This document shows, piece after piece, positions 1-18,347 of a DNA stretch of 64,000 bases. Made by a program: the position numbers and the translations under genes. The number at the start of each line of letters is the position of its first letter. Positions within the stretch are counted from its first letter, which is position 1. The stretch is from the human T2T-CHM13v2.0 reference genome, Homo sapiens. The stretch lies in the NCBI RefSeq assembly GCF_009914755.1, contig NC_060943.1. The stretch is one strand, 5' to 3'. The notes beneath the pieces were generated by a model that was given only the letters and a program-made list of their open reading frames with translations, did no database searches and was not told the origin of the DNA.

Positions 1-317
1 TGCTGGGATTACAGGCGTGAGCCACTGCGCCCCACCTATTTTAGTTTTCATATAGACGGGATCTCACCATGTTGCACAGACTGGTCTTGAATTCCTGGGC
101 TCAAGTGATTCTCCCACCTCAGCCTCCCAAAGTGCTGGGATTACAGGTGTGAATGTGCCTGGCCCTGGCCTGTTTTACATTTTTGAGATACATAGTTTAA
201 CCCAGGCAAATACATTTCTTAATCTCATGTTAGGAAAATAAGGTAATGTTTGGAGAGGTTAAATAATCTCCCCATGGACACACAGCTTGTAAGGGACAGA
301 GCAAGGAGATAGGACAA

Positions 318-388
318 TCAAAATTGTCTCCAGACATTGCCAAATAGCCCTTTGGGAGCAAAATCGACCCCAGTTAAGAACCACTGCC
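318..388 (-). mobile_element. MER20-like hAT DNA transposon fragment
   Basis: TGTCTCCAGACATTGCCAAAT...GCAAAATCGACCCCAGTTAAGAACCACTG matches the reverse complement of the MER20 terminus as I recall it. Confidence 0.7.
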
Positions 389-470
389 CTAGACTGCTTT
401 TAGAATTTTTTTTTCCCTCTATTCCTCTTAAAGCACTTGAGCTAAACCCTCTTTTCATTTTTCTCCCCAG

Positions 471-563
471 GCCCTGTCTCAGCGGGACCCTCCTCACAAC
501 AACTTCTTCTTCTTCGATGGCATGAAGGGGAATGGGATTGTGGAGTGCCTTGGCCCCAAGTGA
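471..563 (+). CDS. SAE1: SAE1 (SUMO1-activating enzyme subunit 1) last coding exon
   Basis: Polypyrimidine tract plus CAG acceptor ends at 470. The phase-0 frame reads ALSQRDPPHNNFFFFDGMKGNGIVECLGPK-TGA, which I recognise as the SAE1 C-terminus. Confidence 0.96.
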   Translation, partial: ALSQRDPPHNNFFFFDGMKGNGIVECLGPK

Positions 564-1950
564 ACTCAAGATTTGGCAGCCCCAGAGATGCCAACTGCAG
601 CATGCCCACCTGTATTCCCTGTCCCCTTCCTTCATGAAGGCATCTCCAGGCAAGGAAAACTGAAGTCATTGGCCCGATACAAAACATTTCCTGCAACGAA
701 GGAGGTGGTGCCGACGTGCTGCTTCCCATCACCAGCAGCTGCTCGACAAGGGGCGCAGGGTGGCTGTCTTTGTTCCAGCACTGTTCAGGCTGCCTGTCAT
801 CCCGGGCCTGCCAGCTCCCCTGAGTGATGAGCACTTCCAAGCACCCCTCTGCCCTTTCTCTGTCCTTATGCTGTCCCGGCCTCGCCAGCCCTCTGGGGCA
901 TTGTGGGAGATGCCTGCCAGGAATGAGCAAGCTCTGTTGCTCGGGAGCCTCTTGTCACCTTCTTGGACTTATTCCCCACCTGATACCTTATAGAGAAAAG
1001 TGTGAATTCAGGTGGAGAGTAGGCCCAGGCCCCATGAGGCACCAGTGGAAGCACAGCTCCAAGTTCAGACAGGTGCCCTTAGAGAGGAAAACCATGACAG
1101 GCAAATGCATTTCCTCTGGAGTTTGAGACCCTGACAAACAACAGGTGGCATCTGGTGTGCTGTTCTTGAGTTTTCGTTTAGGATTAGTTGAGTTCCAGCT
1201 GGGTTTTGGGAGAAAGGAGATGCTACCAAGTCTTGGATGTTAGGGCGAGACCCTGCAAGTTGAGTATTAGAGAGCTTGTCTTTCAAGGCAGGTTCCTGGG
1301 GCTTCAGGGCTAGGAGGGAGGAGCCTGCCCTTTTAACAGAACCCCAGTCACATGCGGCTCAAGTCACTCAGAGGCTGTTGCATTTCAGGGCTATGTTGGT
1401 CCTTTGTTTACCTCCTAAACCACAGCTGTTTGTGTTTCACATATGTTGTGAATTTTCCTTGGTTCTTTTTAAAGGAATGATAATAAAGTTACTTGCTTTA
1501 GGATTTGCTTGTTTTTCTTCCACTTCAGAAGCTTCTGAGAGGGAATGGGATGATCCTACCAGTTGCCTTTTCAGACCTGAGGCTCTAACTCAAGAGATTC
1601 CTCCTCTCCCTCACCATTCCTGCCACCATTTTTTCTGGGTGATGCAGCAAGAGTTAAATTGTTCACATTCTAGAATGTGTAGAAGCTTCTGGCTCCAGTT
1701 GTCTAATGGATAATTCAGCTAAATAGTGGCTATTTTCAGTGGCAAGAATTATAATAATAAAGGGAAGTCAAAAGTGATGCTTCATATGCCCCAAGTGCCA
1801 CAGCCGCTACGGGTCAGAGCTTTTATTGGAAGACCAGGTTTGCCTTGATGCAGCCAAAGTGCGTTCCAGTTCACCCCACTCTTGCTTGTGTTTCTTCTTT
1901 ATGTAAATTGTGTGATGTTTCAATAAATCAGTCTCTTTCCTATTCTGATC
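564..1950 (+). terminator. SAE1: SAE1 3' UTR with tandem poly(A) signals
   Basis: Repeat-free sequence follows the stop. AATAAA occurs at 1482-1487, 1756-1761 and 1922-1927; the 3' end is approximate. Confidence 0.75.
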
Positions 1951-2586
1951 CTGCAGCAGTTAGTCGGGGAGAAAAGTGGTCTTCACTACAGAAGGGCCTC
2001 TGTTCCTCAACCCTGCATCACCTGCTCCCGCCGGAGGTGAGACAGGGGCTGCATTTCGGAAAGGATCCGTGTCTCGCCACCTTTAGTGCAAGTCAGTGGC
2101 GTCAGGGTCAGCAGTTACATTGCTGCATGAATTTCACGTGGTCTTTAAATTCTGAGCTAATTATACTCTTGACTGTAATGTGCAGCCTTGGTCACAAGGG
2201 GGAGCAGGTGGGTCTGGATTGATAAAAACAAAATTGTAGAATCGTCCCGGAAGCTTCAAACTTTTCCACCCTGTACCTCTAACGGCAGAGATTAAGTCAC
2301 CCAGAGGACCCCTCAGGAATCGAGGGGAAAGCTGCCAGCCCCAGGCAAGAAATGTCTAGTTTCTACAAATTTCATAAACTGCCACATGATGTTTGTATTA
2401 ATCATAAAAATGAAGAAAAAAAGGCCAGGCGTGGTGGCTCACGCCTGTAATCCCAACATTTTGGGAGGCTGAGGCGGACGAATCACGAGGTCAGGAGTTT
2501 GAGAGCAGCCAGGCCAACGTGGTGAAACCCTGTCTACTAAAATTACAAAAATTAGCCGGGCATGGTGGCGGGTGCCTGTAATCTCA

Positions 2587-2712
<126 letters not shown>

Positions 2713-3025
2713 TCAGTCAGGCATGGTGGGAGGCTGTGGCGGGAGAAGCACTTCAGCCCAAGAGTTCGTGACCAACTTGGGAAACAAAGCAAGACCCCAT
2801 CTCCACAAAAAAAGAAATAGCTGAGCATAGTGGCTTGTGCCTGTGGTCACAGCTGCTTGGGAGACTGGGGCAGGAGGATCACTTGAGCCCAGGAGTTTGA
2901 GGCTGAAATGACCTGGATTTCACCACTGCACTGAAGCCTGGGTGAAAGAGTGAGACACTGTCTCGAAAAAAAAATCCCAGCACTTTGGGAGGCCGAGGCG
3001 GGCGGATCGCGAGGTCAGGAGTTCA

Positions 3026-3273
<248 letters not shown>

Positions 3274-3857
3274 TCATTACAGGTGTGGAAGAGATGGCTT
3301 AGGTTGCAGGTGGTAAGTTTAATGATAACAACCAATGGTCATTATACCCATGCAACCTGCCTGGTACTTTTCAGAATCCTTGTTCTTTGAGTTGGAATCC
3401 CCACAGCAACCCCATGGGGATAGATGCTGTTCTCCTACCCATACTGGAGATAAGGAAACAGGCTCACCTCACAAGCAAGGGAGAGATGGAAATGGCGCTG
3501 ACTGGGAAAGCTGCGGTGCGGGGCACTCAGTAGAGATTCATGTAGTGGCACGGCTTGTTCGCTCAGTGAGAACAAGATTTTGGGCTTCCCTTCACAAGTC
3601 CCTGAGACCCAGTAGTCACTGGAAAACATCATGTCGGCCTTCATAAAAGAGGGCCTTCAACTAGGTCCAAAAGGGTGGGTGGATTTGGTTCCTAAGCTTG
3701 TACGATATTCAAGCAATATACAAGCATAAAGAGAAGATTCCTCTCCGCTGCAGGGCACAGCCTGTCAGCACAATGTTGGCCACATAATAAGAGCAGCTGA
3801 CTTCACAGCTAAACTGCATTTTGGAGAGAAATATGAGATGCTTTTTGGACATGTTAG

Positions 3858-4124
<267 letters not shown>

Positions 4125-4635
4125 TAATCCACCTGCCTCAGCACCCAAAATGCTGGGATTATAGGTGTAAGCCACAGCGCCCAGCCTAGCTTTATCCACT
4201 TTCATATCCACTCCCCGGAGGTCACCCCTGTTAACTGTTGAGAGTGAATCCTTCCAGACTGCCATGTTCAAACCTAGACTCTACCACTCAGCCATGTGAC
4301 CCTCGCTACACTACTTTCTGTTACCCCATCCCTAAAATGGGTAGAATAGTGGCACATTCCTCAGATATGTGGGGATTAAAAAATCAGTCTTTGAATCAAA
4401 ATTGCTCAATGTTAGCTGCTATTTTACATATTCATAAATAACTTTTTCTCCAATGTGCTTTTTTCTCAATATGTCTTGGAGATCCTTGTCAGTATTTCAT
4501 GCATCAAATTCCATAACCAAAACAGGTGAACCATTAACTATTGAATCAGTCTGCTGCTGTGTGACATTGTGCACACTTAGGAAAGACTTCCCAAAGCCAA
4601 GTTCCAGGGTTAGCAAGTATAAAAATGCATTTTAG

Positions 4636-4932
<297 letters not shown>

Positions 4933-5056
4933 TGAGCCACCGTGCCCAGCCTGTTTTGTTTTTTTAGTGATAGGGTCTTACTCTGCCACCCAGGCTGGAG
5001 TGCAGTGGTGTGCAATCATGGCTCACTGAAATCTTGATTTTGAGGGCTCAAAGTGA

Positions 5057-5356
<300 letters not shown>

Positions 5357-5661
5357 TAGCCAGGATGGTCTCGATCTCCTGACCTCGTGATCCACCCGCC
5401 TCGGCCTCTCAAAGTGCTGGGATTACAGGCGTGAGCTACCACGCCCGGCCTTTTTTTTTTTTTGTATTTTTAGTAGAGACGGAGTTTCACCATGTTCCCC
5501 CTGGCTAATGTTTTTAAAATTATTGGCTGGGTGCGGTGGCTCATGCCTGTAATCCCAACATTTTGGGAGGTCGAGGTGGCTGGATCACCTGAGGTCAGGA
5601 GTCACCAGACCAGCCTGACCAACATGGTGAAACCCCGTCTCTACTGAAAATACAAAAATTA

Positions 5662-5805
<144 letters not shown>

Positions 5806-6015
5806 TCAAAAAATATATATACATATTTTTAGTAGCCATGAGGTCTCACTATGTTGCCCAGGCTTAAACTCTGGCCTCAAGTGATCCTCTTACCTCAGCC
5901 TCCTAAAGTACTGTGATTACAGATGTAAGCTACTACGTCTGGCTGGTACTTTTCTTTCTTTTCTTTCTTTTTTTTTTTTTTGAGATGAAGTCTCACTCTA
6001 TCGCCCAGGCTGTAG

Positions 6016-6207
<192 letters not shown>

Positions 6208-6835
6208 TGATGTGATCTTGGCTCACTACAACTTCCACCTCCTGGGTTCAAGCAATTCTCCTGCCTCAGCCTCCTGAGTAGCTGGGATTACAGGTGCCCA
6301 CCACCACACCCAACTAATTTTTGTATTTTTAGTAGAGACAGGGTTTCACCATGTTGACCAGGCTGGTCACAAACTCCTGACCTCAAGTGATCCACCCGCC
6401 TCAGCTTCCCAAAGTGCTGGGATTACAGGTGTGAGCCAACACTACCGGCCAGAAATTTACAGATGTTAAAGGCTCAGTGAATCCCAAACGGGATAAACAT
6501 GAAGAATATCATGTTTAGAAAAAACATCTAGGTGGCCGGGTGCAGTGGCTCATGTCTGTAATCCCAGCTGCTCAAGAGGCTGAGGCAGGAGAACTGCTTG
6601 AACCCAGGAGGCAGAAGTTGCAGTGAGAATCATGTCACTGCACTCCAGCCTGGGCGACACAGCGAGACTCAGTCTCAAAAAAAAAAAAAAAAAAAAAGGA
6701 GGCCGGGTGTGGTGGCTCACGCCTGTAATCCCAGCATTTTGGGAGGCCAAGGCCTGAAGTTGGGAGTTTGAGACTAGCCTGACTAACATGGAGAAGCCCC
6801 ATCTTGACTAACATGGAGAAGCCCTGTCTCTACTA

Positions 6836-6994
<159 letters not shown>

Positions 6995-7397
6995 TCAAAA
7001 AAAAAAAAAAGAACCTCCATCTCCATGCTTAAATACTTGTGAGCAGGGCAAAGGCCATGCAGAGAGTGTTCACACCCAGACCAACGCCCTGCTTCGCCTT
7101 CACTGCAGTGCATGCCATCCCTTTGGTAGAGGATGAGACACCTTCCCATAACTGGCTCCCCTTTCTCATAATATGTCTTAGAATTATTAACATGGTTGAA
7201 TTTAGGTCTACCATTTGCTTTCCATTTGTCCCACTTTTGTTCCCCTGTTTCTCCTTTCCTGCCTTCTCTTGAAGTATTTGATTAATTTTTTTTTTTTTTT
7301 TTTTTTTTTGAGACAGAGTCTCACTCTGTCACCCAGGCTAGAGTGCAGTAGCGCGATCTCGGCTCACTGCAACCTCCACCTCCCAGCAAGTAGCTGA

Positions 7398-7655
<258 letters not shown>

Positions 7656-7658
7656 TAG

Positions 7659-8106
<448 letters not shown>

Positions 8107-8132
8107 TAGCCAGGACGGTCTCAATCTCCTGA

Positions 8133-8794
<662 letters not shown>

Positions 8795-9287
8795 TGAGCC
8801 ACTGCGCCTGGCTGCCCGGCCGTATTTTTATTGTTTTTTTTGTTTTTGTTTTTTTGTTTTTTTTGAGACGGAGTCTCACTCTGTAGCCCAGGCTGGAGTG
8901 CAGTAGCACAATCTCTGCTCACTACAACCTCCACCTGCCGGGTTCAAGCGATTCTCCTGCCTCAGCCTCCTGAGTAGCTGGGACTACAGGCGCATGCCAC
9001 CACGCCTGGCTAATTTTTGTATTTTTAGTAGAGATGGGGTTTCACTATGTTGGCCAGGCTGGTCTCAAACTCCTGACCTCGGCCTCCCAAAATTTTGGGA
9101 TTACAGGTGTGAGCCACCTGGCCTGGCCACCACATGGGACTATTTACCCTACCAACTGCTGTTGGATACTTAGATGGTTTTGTGCATTGCCAGTACTTGG
9201 ATACTTGTATGCACCCGTGTTCCTCTAAGGGGGACGCCCACAAAAGCTATTGCTGCCACAAGGTATGTGCATTCTCATCTTGACACC

Positions 9288-9992
<705 letters not shown>

Positions 9993-10365
9993 CACGGTTT
10001 TATCAAATGCTTCTCCAAAGTGATTGTTGCCAGTTACCACACCCTGGCCATCCAGATGGGCCATTTCCCCTAGTGTCCCTTTAGCAGCAAGGACAGTTGG
10101 GAAAGGGTGGAGCTGGGACTGACCCTGTGTCTGTAAATATTATATAATTATATACCCTGCTTCAGAGTCCCCCTCTGTTGCCCTGGAGTGCAGTGGCATG
10201 ATCATAGTTCACTGTAGCTTCCAACTCCTGGGCTCAAGCTATGATCCCCCTGCCTCATCCTCCTGAGTAGTGGGTACTATAGGCATGTGCCACCATGCCC
10301 AGCGAATTAAAAAAATTATTTTTGTGTGTGTGGAGATGGAGTCTTGCTATGTTTCTAGGCTGTTC

Positions 10366-10669
<304 letters not shown>

Positions 10670-10925
10670 TATACCTTGCTTCTTTCTCTTTCTTTCCTTT
10701 TTTTTTTTTTTCTGGAGACAGTCTCCCTCTGTCGCCCAGGCTGGCGTACAGTGGTGCAATCTCGGCTCACTTGCAACCTCTGCCTCCCGGGTTCAAGGGA
10801 TTCTCCTGTCTCAGCCTCTCGAGTAGTTGGGACTACAGGCTTGCATCGCCACACCTGGCTAATTTTTGTATTTTTAGTAGAGACAGGGTTTCACCATGTT
10901 GGCCAAGCTGGTCTCGAACTCCTGA

Positions 10926-11321
<396 letters not shown>

Positions 11322-11730
11322 TAGGAGCAACCCTTTCTACATTTACTCAACACAGCCGCTTATGACCAGCCTGGTTAGGCCTCAGGGCAGTGTGCGGAGA
11401 CTCACTGTGATCTTAGCTCCAGGTGCTCCTCCAGCTGGAGAGGCAGCCTACGGCTGATCACAGTGCAAGGCCAGATGTCCCTTTCTGTCTCTGTGACGGC
11501 AGAAACGAGGTCTGTCTCATGACTCTATCCCAAGCACTTGTCACAGTGGTGCCTCTGAATATGTTACGGGTCATTCACTCATCCATTAAATATCAAGCGC
11601 CCCTACAACACCTCATGGGGACTTCACTTTTTATTTTGTTTTTGAGACAGGGTCTCACCCTGTCACCCAAGCTTGAGTGCAGTGGCTTGATCATCGCTCA
11701 CTGCAGCCTCCAATTCCTGGGCTCAAGTGA

Positions 11731-11970
<240 letters not shown>

Positions 11971-12160
11971 TAGGAGCGTCCCGGTCTGGAGAAGCCCAGG
12001 CCCCTTAGCCTTTCTTCTGATGGAGCCACAACTGCCAGGGCCCACCTCTCCCACCCACTCACAAGCAGGGCTCACAGAGCAGAGCCCCCGATCAGAAGCC
12101 TCTCCAAGGCCAGGCTGCAGGGAAGGCAAGCAGAAAGAGTATCCACTGTTCCAATCTGAT

Positions 12161-12166
12161 TTTATT
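12161..12166 (-). terminator. BBC3: BBC3 poly(A) signal
   Basis: TTTATT on + reads AATAAA on -. Upstream on the mRNA are U-rich sequence and UGUA motifs (CATGTACA at 12188 and 12212 on +). Confidence 0.88.
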
Positions 12167-12252
12167 GAAAAGGAAACATACAAAAATCATGTACAAAAAA
12201 AATTAACCAAACATGTACAGAAAATTCATTCCGGTATCTACAGCAGCGCATA

Positions 12253-13030
12253 TACAGTATCTTACAGGCTGGGCCATCCCTCCCCACTCCCAGACTCCTC
12301 CCTCTTCCGAGATTTCCCCCCCTCCCTGACTCCCCGTCTTCCCCCCAGCGCTTGGCCCTGGGGACTAAGGCTGGGGCGGCTTCAGCCAAAATCTCCCACC
12401 CCCCAAATGAATGCCAGTGGTCACACGTGCTCTCTCTAAACCTATGCAATGGGATTGATGGGGCGGGGGGCGGTCACGGGCAGAGCACAGGATTCACAGT
12501 CTGGGCCCCTCCTGGCCACCCCCTGATGAAGGTGAGGCAGGCATGCCCACCACCCGCCGGCTGGCTCAGGGAAGATGGCTGGGCGCCGGGCTGGAGCAAC
12601 CGGCAAACGAGCCCCACTCTCTGGCTCCAGGAGGCTAGTGGTCACGTTTGGCTCATTTGCTCTTCACGGGCCCCCTCCCAGGAGGAGGGGGGGAAGCACC
12701 AGGGGCCTGAGGCCAGGCCCAGAGTGAAGGAGCACCGAGAGGAGAGCCCCCCCCCCCCCCCCAGTGTCACCCCTGCAGCTGGAACGGGCACCAGCACAAC
12801 AGCCTTTCCTGAGATGGTGGTGGGCGGCAGAGGCGGGCGGCTCAGTCCCCACCCCCTCGGTCACCGCCACCTTCCGATGCTGAGTCCATCAGCCGTCCCT
12901 CTCCTGGCTTCTTGGCCAGGGACCCAGGAGTCCGCATCTCCGTCAGTGCACCCCAGGCTGGGCTGGGGCTGGAGTGGCTGCCCCGGCCCGCCCCCGGGAC
13001 AGGCAGGGCTGGGAGTCCAGTATGCTACAT
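12253..13030 (-). promoter_or_regulatory. BBC3: BBC3 3' UTR miRNA seed matches (miR-144, miR-27, miR-29, miR-221/222)
   Basis: On +: TACAGTAT 12253-12260 (miR-144-3p 8mer), TTCACAGT 12493-12500 (miR-27 8mer), AGCACCA 12695-12701 (miR-29 7mer-m8), GCTACAT 13024-13030 (miR-221/222 seed). Seeds are from recall. Confidence 0.6.
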
Positions 13031-13125
13031 GGTGCAGAGAAAGTCCCCCGCGCTGGCCAGGGTGTCAGGAGGTGGGAGGGGCCTGCCCCCCGAGTCCCTG
13101 ACGTCCACCGGGCGGGTGCAGGCAC

Positions 13126-13242
13126 CTAATTGGGCTCCATCTCGGGGGCTCTGTGGCCCCTGGGTAAGGGCAGGAGTCCCATGATGAGATTGTACAGGAC
13201 CCTCCAGGGTGAGGGGCGGTGCCGCTGCTGCTCCTCTTGTCT
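13126..13242 (-). CDS. BBC3: BBC3/PUMA last exon, coding part (alpha/beta frame)
   Basis: Acceptor ttccccag|AGA. Reads RQEEQQRHRPSPWRVLYNLIMGLLPLPRGHRAPEMEPN-TAG, the C-terminal mitochondrial-targeting region. The gamma/delta frame continues to TAG at 13025-13027. Confidence 0.97.
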   Translation of the reverse strand, partial: RQEEQQRHRPSPWRVLYNLIMGLLPLPRGHRAPEMEPN

Positions 13243-13878
13243 CTGGGGAAAAGAGAGAGAAGGGGCAGTTAGCAGGGGACTGAGTATGGTGATGGGAGTG
13301 GGGATGGTCAGCTCCAGGGGCAGCGAGGCGACAGTCTCGCCCACCCTATTCCAGCTCCTCCCCCCGCCTGGGCTAATGTCCATGTCTCGGAGGTCACATC
13401 CTCATCCAGGACATGAGACCTGGAGGCAGAGGACAAACACGGAATGCCTTCAGCAGAGAGCTGGGCACCAAGCGAGTGCGTGGCACATTAGCTGTGACTG
13501 CCCCGTCTCTGTTGTACATTTGAGAAAGACATCCCCCAAGGGGCTGAAGGATGGACTGCAACCTATCCTGCCCCTCCCTACAGGGCTGGCAAGATGAGGA
13601 GAAAGGAGCAGGGTGCCCACAGTCTTGGCAGTTCTAGAACAATCTGTGGAAGGAGGAGAACTGGGAAGAGCCCCCCCCATTGCAGAGGCTTCAACAGAAG
13701 CACCTCTAGGCAACGCCGAGTGAAACCCCTGCCCCCTCTCCAGTGGCAGGATGAAAACAAGGTGGTCTCTAGGACCCTCTCAGCTCCAACATCCTAGGAA
13801 GTGGGCAGGCAGGAGGCTAGGTCCTAGGAAAGGCTCCCGACTGGTAAAAATTAAAGGCAATACTAAAAAGAGTACAGA

Positions 13879-16982
<3,104 letters not shown>

Positions 16983-17389
16983 GAACATAGATGAATGGAA
17001 GCTCTTTTGCCCATATGGTGAATCTGAAGCCTAATATTGAGGGAAAAAGGAATTCTGGGGAGAAACAAAAACTATGTCATATACGCTAAGCTAAGAATGC
17101 TCCATGATTCTAAGCCCTGGTTCTGGCCTGGTAAATACGGAGTAAAAGCAACACCTGCAGGGGTTGAGAGAGGCCAACTCGAGAGATTTCCTTTGGATGC
17201 AAGGAGGGGGAAGGGATGGGGAGAGTAAGGAGCTTCACCACATGCGTTTCTGCGGTTTTGTTTGGTTTCTTAATAAGCAAGCAATGCGGGTGTAATGTTC
17301 AAACTGAACAGAGCTGCCTGGTGGGCGCATGATGTTTGTGATTTCCCATTCTCTGCTGTGGGCTTCGAATATTTGTTTTAAAAAATCGA

Positions 17390-18130
17390 GGCCGTGCCAG
17401 GGGCTGGGGGGCGGGGCCTCCCGCGGGGCGGGGCTGCGAGCCCACCCCTGCGGTCCCCGGCCCGCCCCGGCGCCCGGGAAACTGTGTGGCGCTGCGGGCC
17501 GCGCGAGAGGGACGGCAGGGGGCGGGCGCGGCGCGGCTGCTGACTCACCGGCTATAAATAGCCCGGGATATATGAGCCGCGCCGCCCAGCGCCGCCCTCA
17601 GTCCCCGCGGCCGCGGGCCACGGGCGCGCAGCTCCACTCCTCGGCGGCCTAGTCCCTGGCCCTGGCCCTGGCCCTGGCTCGGGCTCCGGCTATGCCAGCC
17701 GCGGCGCGGAGTCCTTGGGCGGCTCTGCGGGCGCGCGATTCCCCCCCACCCACTTACCCCCCACCTGCCTGTCCGCGGAGCGACCCAGCCGCGCAGGGCA
17801 GCAGCTGCCGCACATCTGGCGGGGGCCGCCTGCCGCCCCCTCCTCCGGCGGAAGTCCCACCTGCCGTCTACCCCACCCCCAGCACTCACCCGCCGCTCGT
17901 ACTGTGCGTTGAGGTCGTCCGCCATCCGCCGCAGCTGGGCCCCGATCTCCCGGGCCCACTGTTCCTCCTCCCCGCGGACTCCCGGGGCCGCCTGGGTGGG
18001 ACCGCCCGCCAGAGCCCCCGGGGCGCTGGGCACGGGCGACTCCAGGTGCTGCTCCGCCAGCGAGAGCGAGGGCTGAGGACCTTGGAGAGGCAGAGGGGCG
18101 CGGTCAGCACCCACCACCCCTCCAGGCCTC
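17390..18130. promoter_or_regulatory. Intragenic CpG island over BBC3 exon 3 and the adjacent intron 3
   Basis: Very high CpG density with GC boxes, TGACTCA at 17541-17547, CTATAAATAG at 17552-17561 and (CCCTGG)4 at 17654-17677. Confidence 0.85.
17890..18080 (-). CDS. BBC3: BBC3/PUMA exon 3 (BH3 domain)
   Basis: 191 nt, with ccaag|GT acceptor and CGG|gtgagt donor. Encodes ...EEQWAREIGAQLRRMADDLNAQYERR, including the BH3 motif LRRMADDLN. Confidence 0.98.
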
Positions 18131-18267
18131 GAGGTGTCTCGGCCTGCTCCCCTCTTTCCCAGCCACTGCTCCCCGCCTCATTTCTAGTGATCCCATCGCT
18201 AGTGAGTCAATTTCTCAGCTTCTCCTCCACAGGCACCAGAAAGCAAGAAGTACCTGGGGACGCCGCT

Positions 18268-18347
18268 CTGGGGTCACCTGTCTGGCCAGCTACGTCCCCA
18301 CGGCCCTTGTCAGTGTGGAAGGTAGACGGCCAGAGAGGTGACCCCGG
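18268..18347 (+). ncRNA. MIR3190: pre-miR-3190 hairpin
   Basis: Stem GGGGTCACCT-GTCTGGCC...GGCCAGAG-AGGTGACCCC. The 5p arm TCTGGCCAGCTACGTCCCCA (18281-18300) and 3p arm TGTGGAAGGTAGACGGCCAGAGA (18314-18336) match miR-3190 as I recall it. Confidence 0.88.
18270..18345 (-). ncRNA. MIR3191: pre-miR-3191 hairpin (opposite strand of the same inverted repeat, in BBC3 intron 2)
   Basis: The minus strand gives CTCTCTGGCCGTCTACCTTCCA (5p) and TGGGGACGTAGCTGGCCAGACAG (3p), matching miR-3191 as I recall it. Confidence 0.88.

Noticed and set aside
12352-13597. Antisense ORFs over the BBC3 last exon (249 aa, 155 aa)
   Set aside because: They have near-cognate starts and no promoter or splice context, consistent with GC-rich shadow frames.
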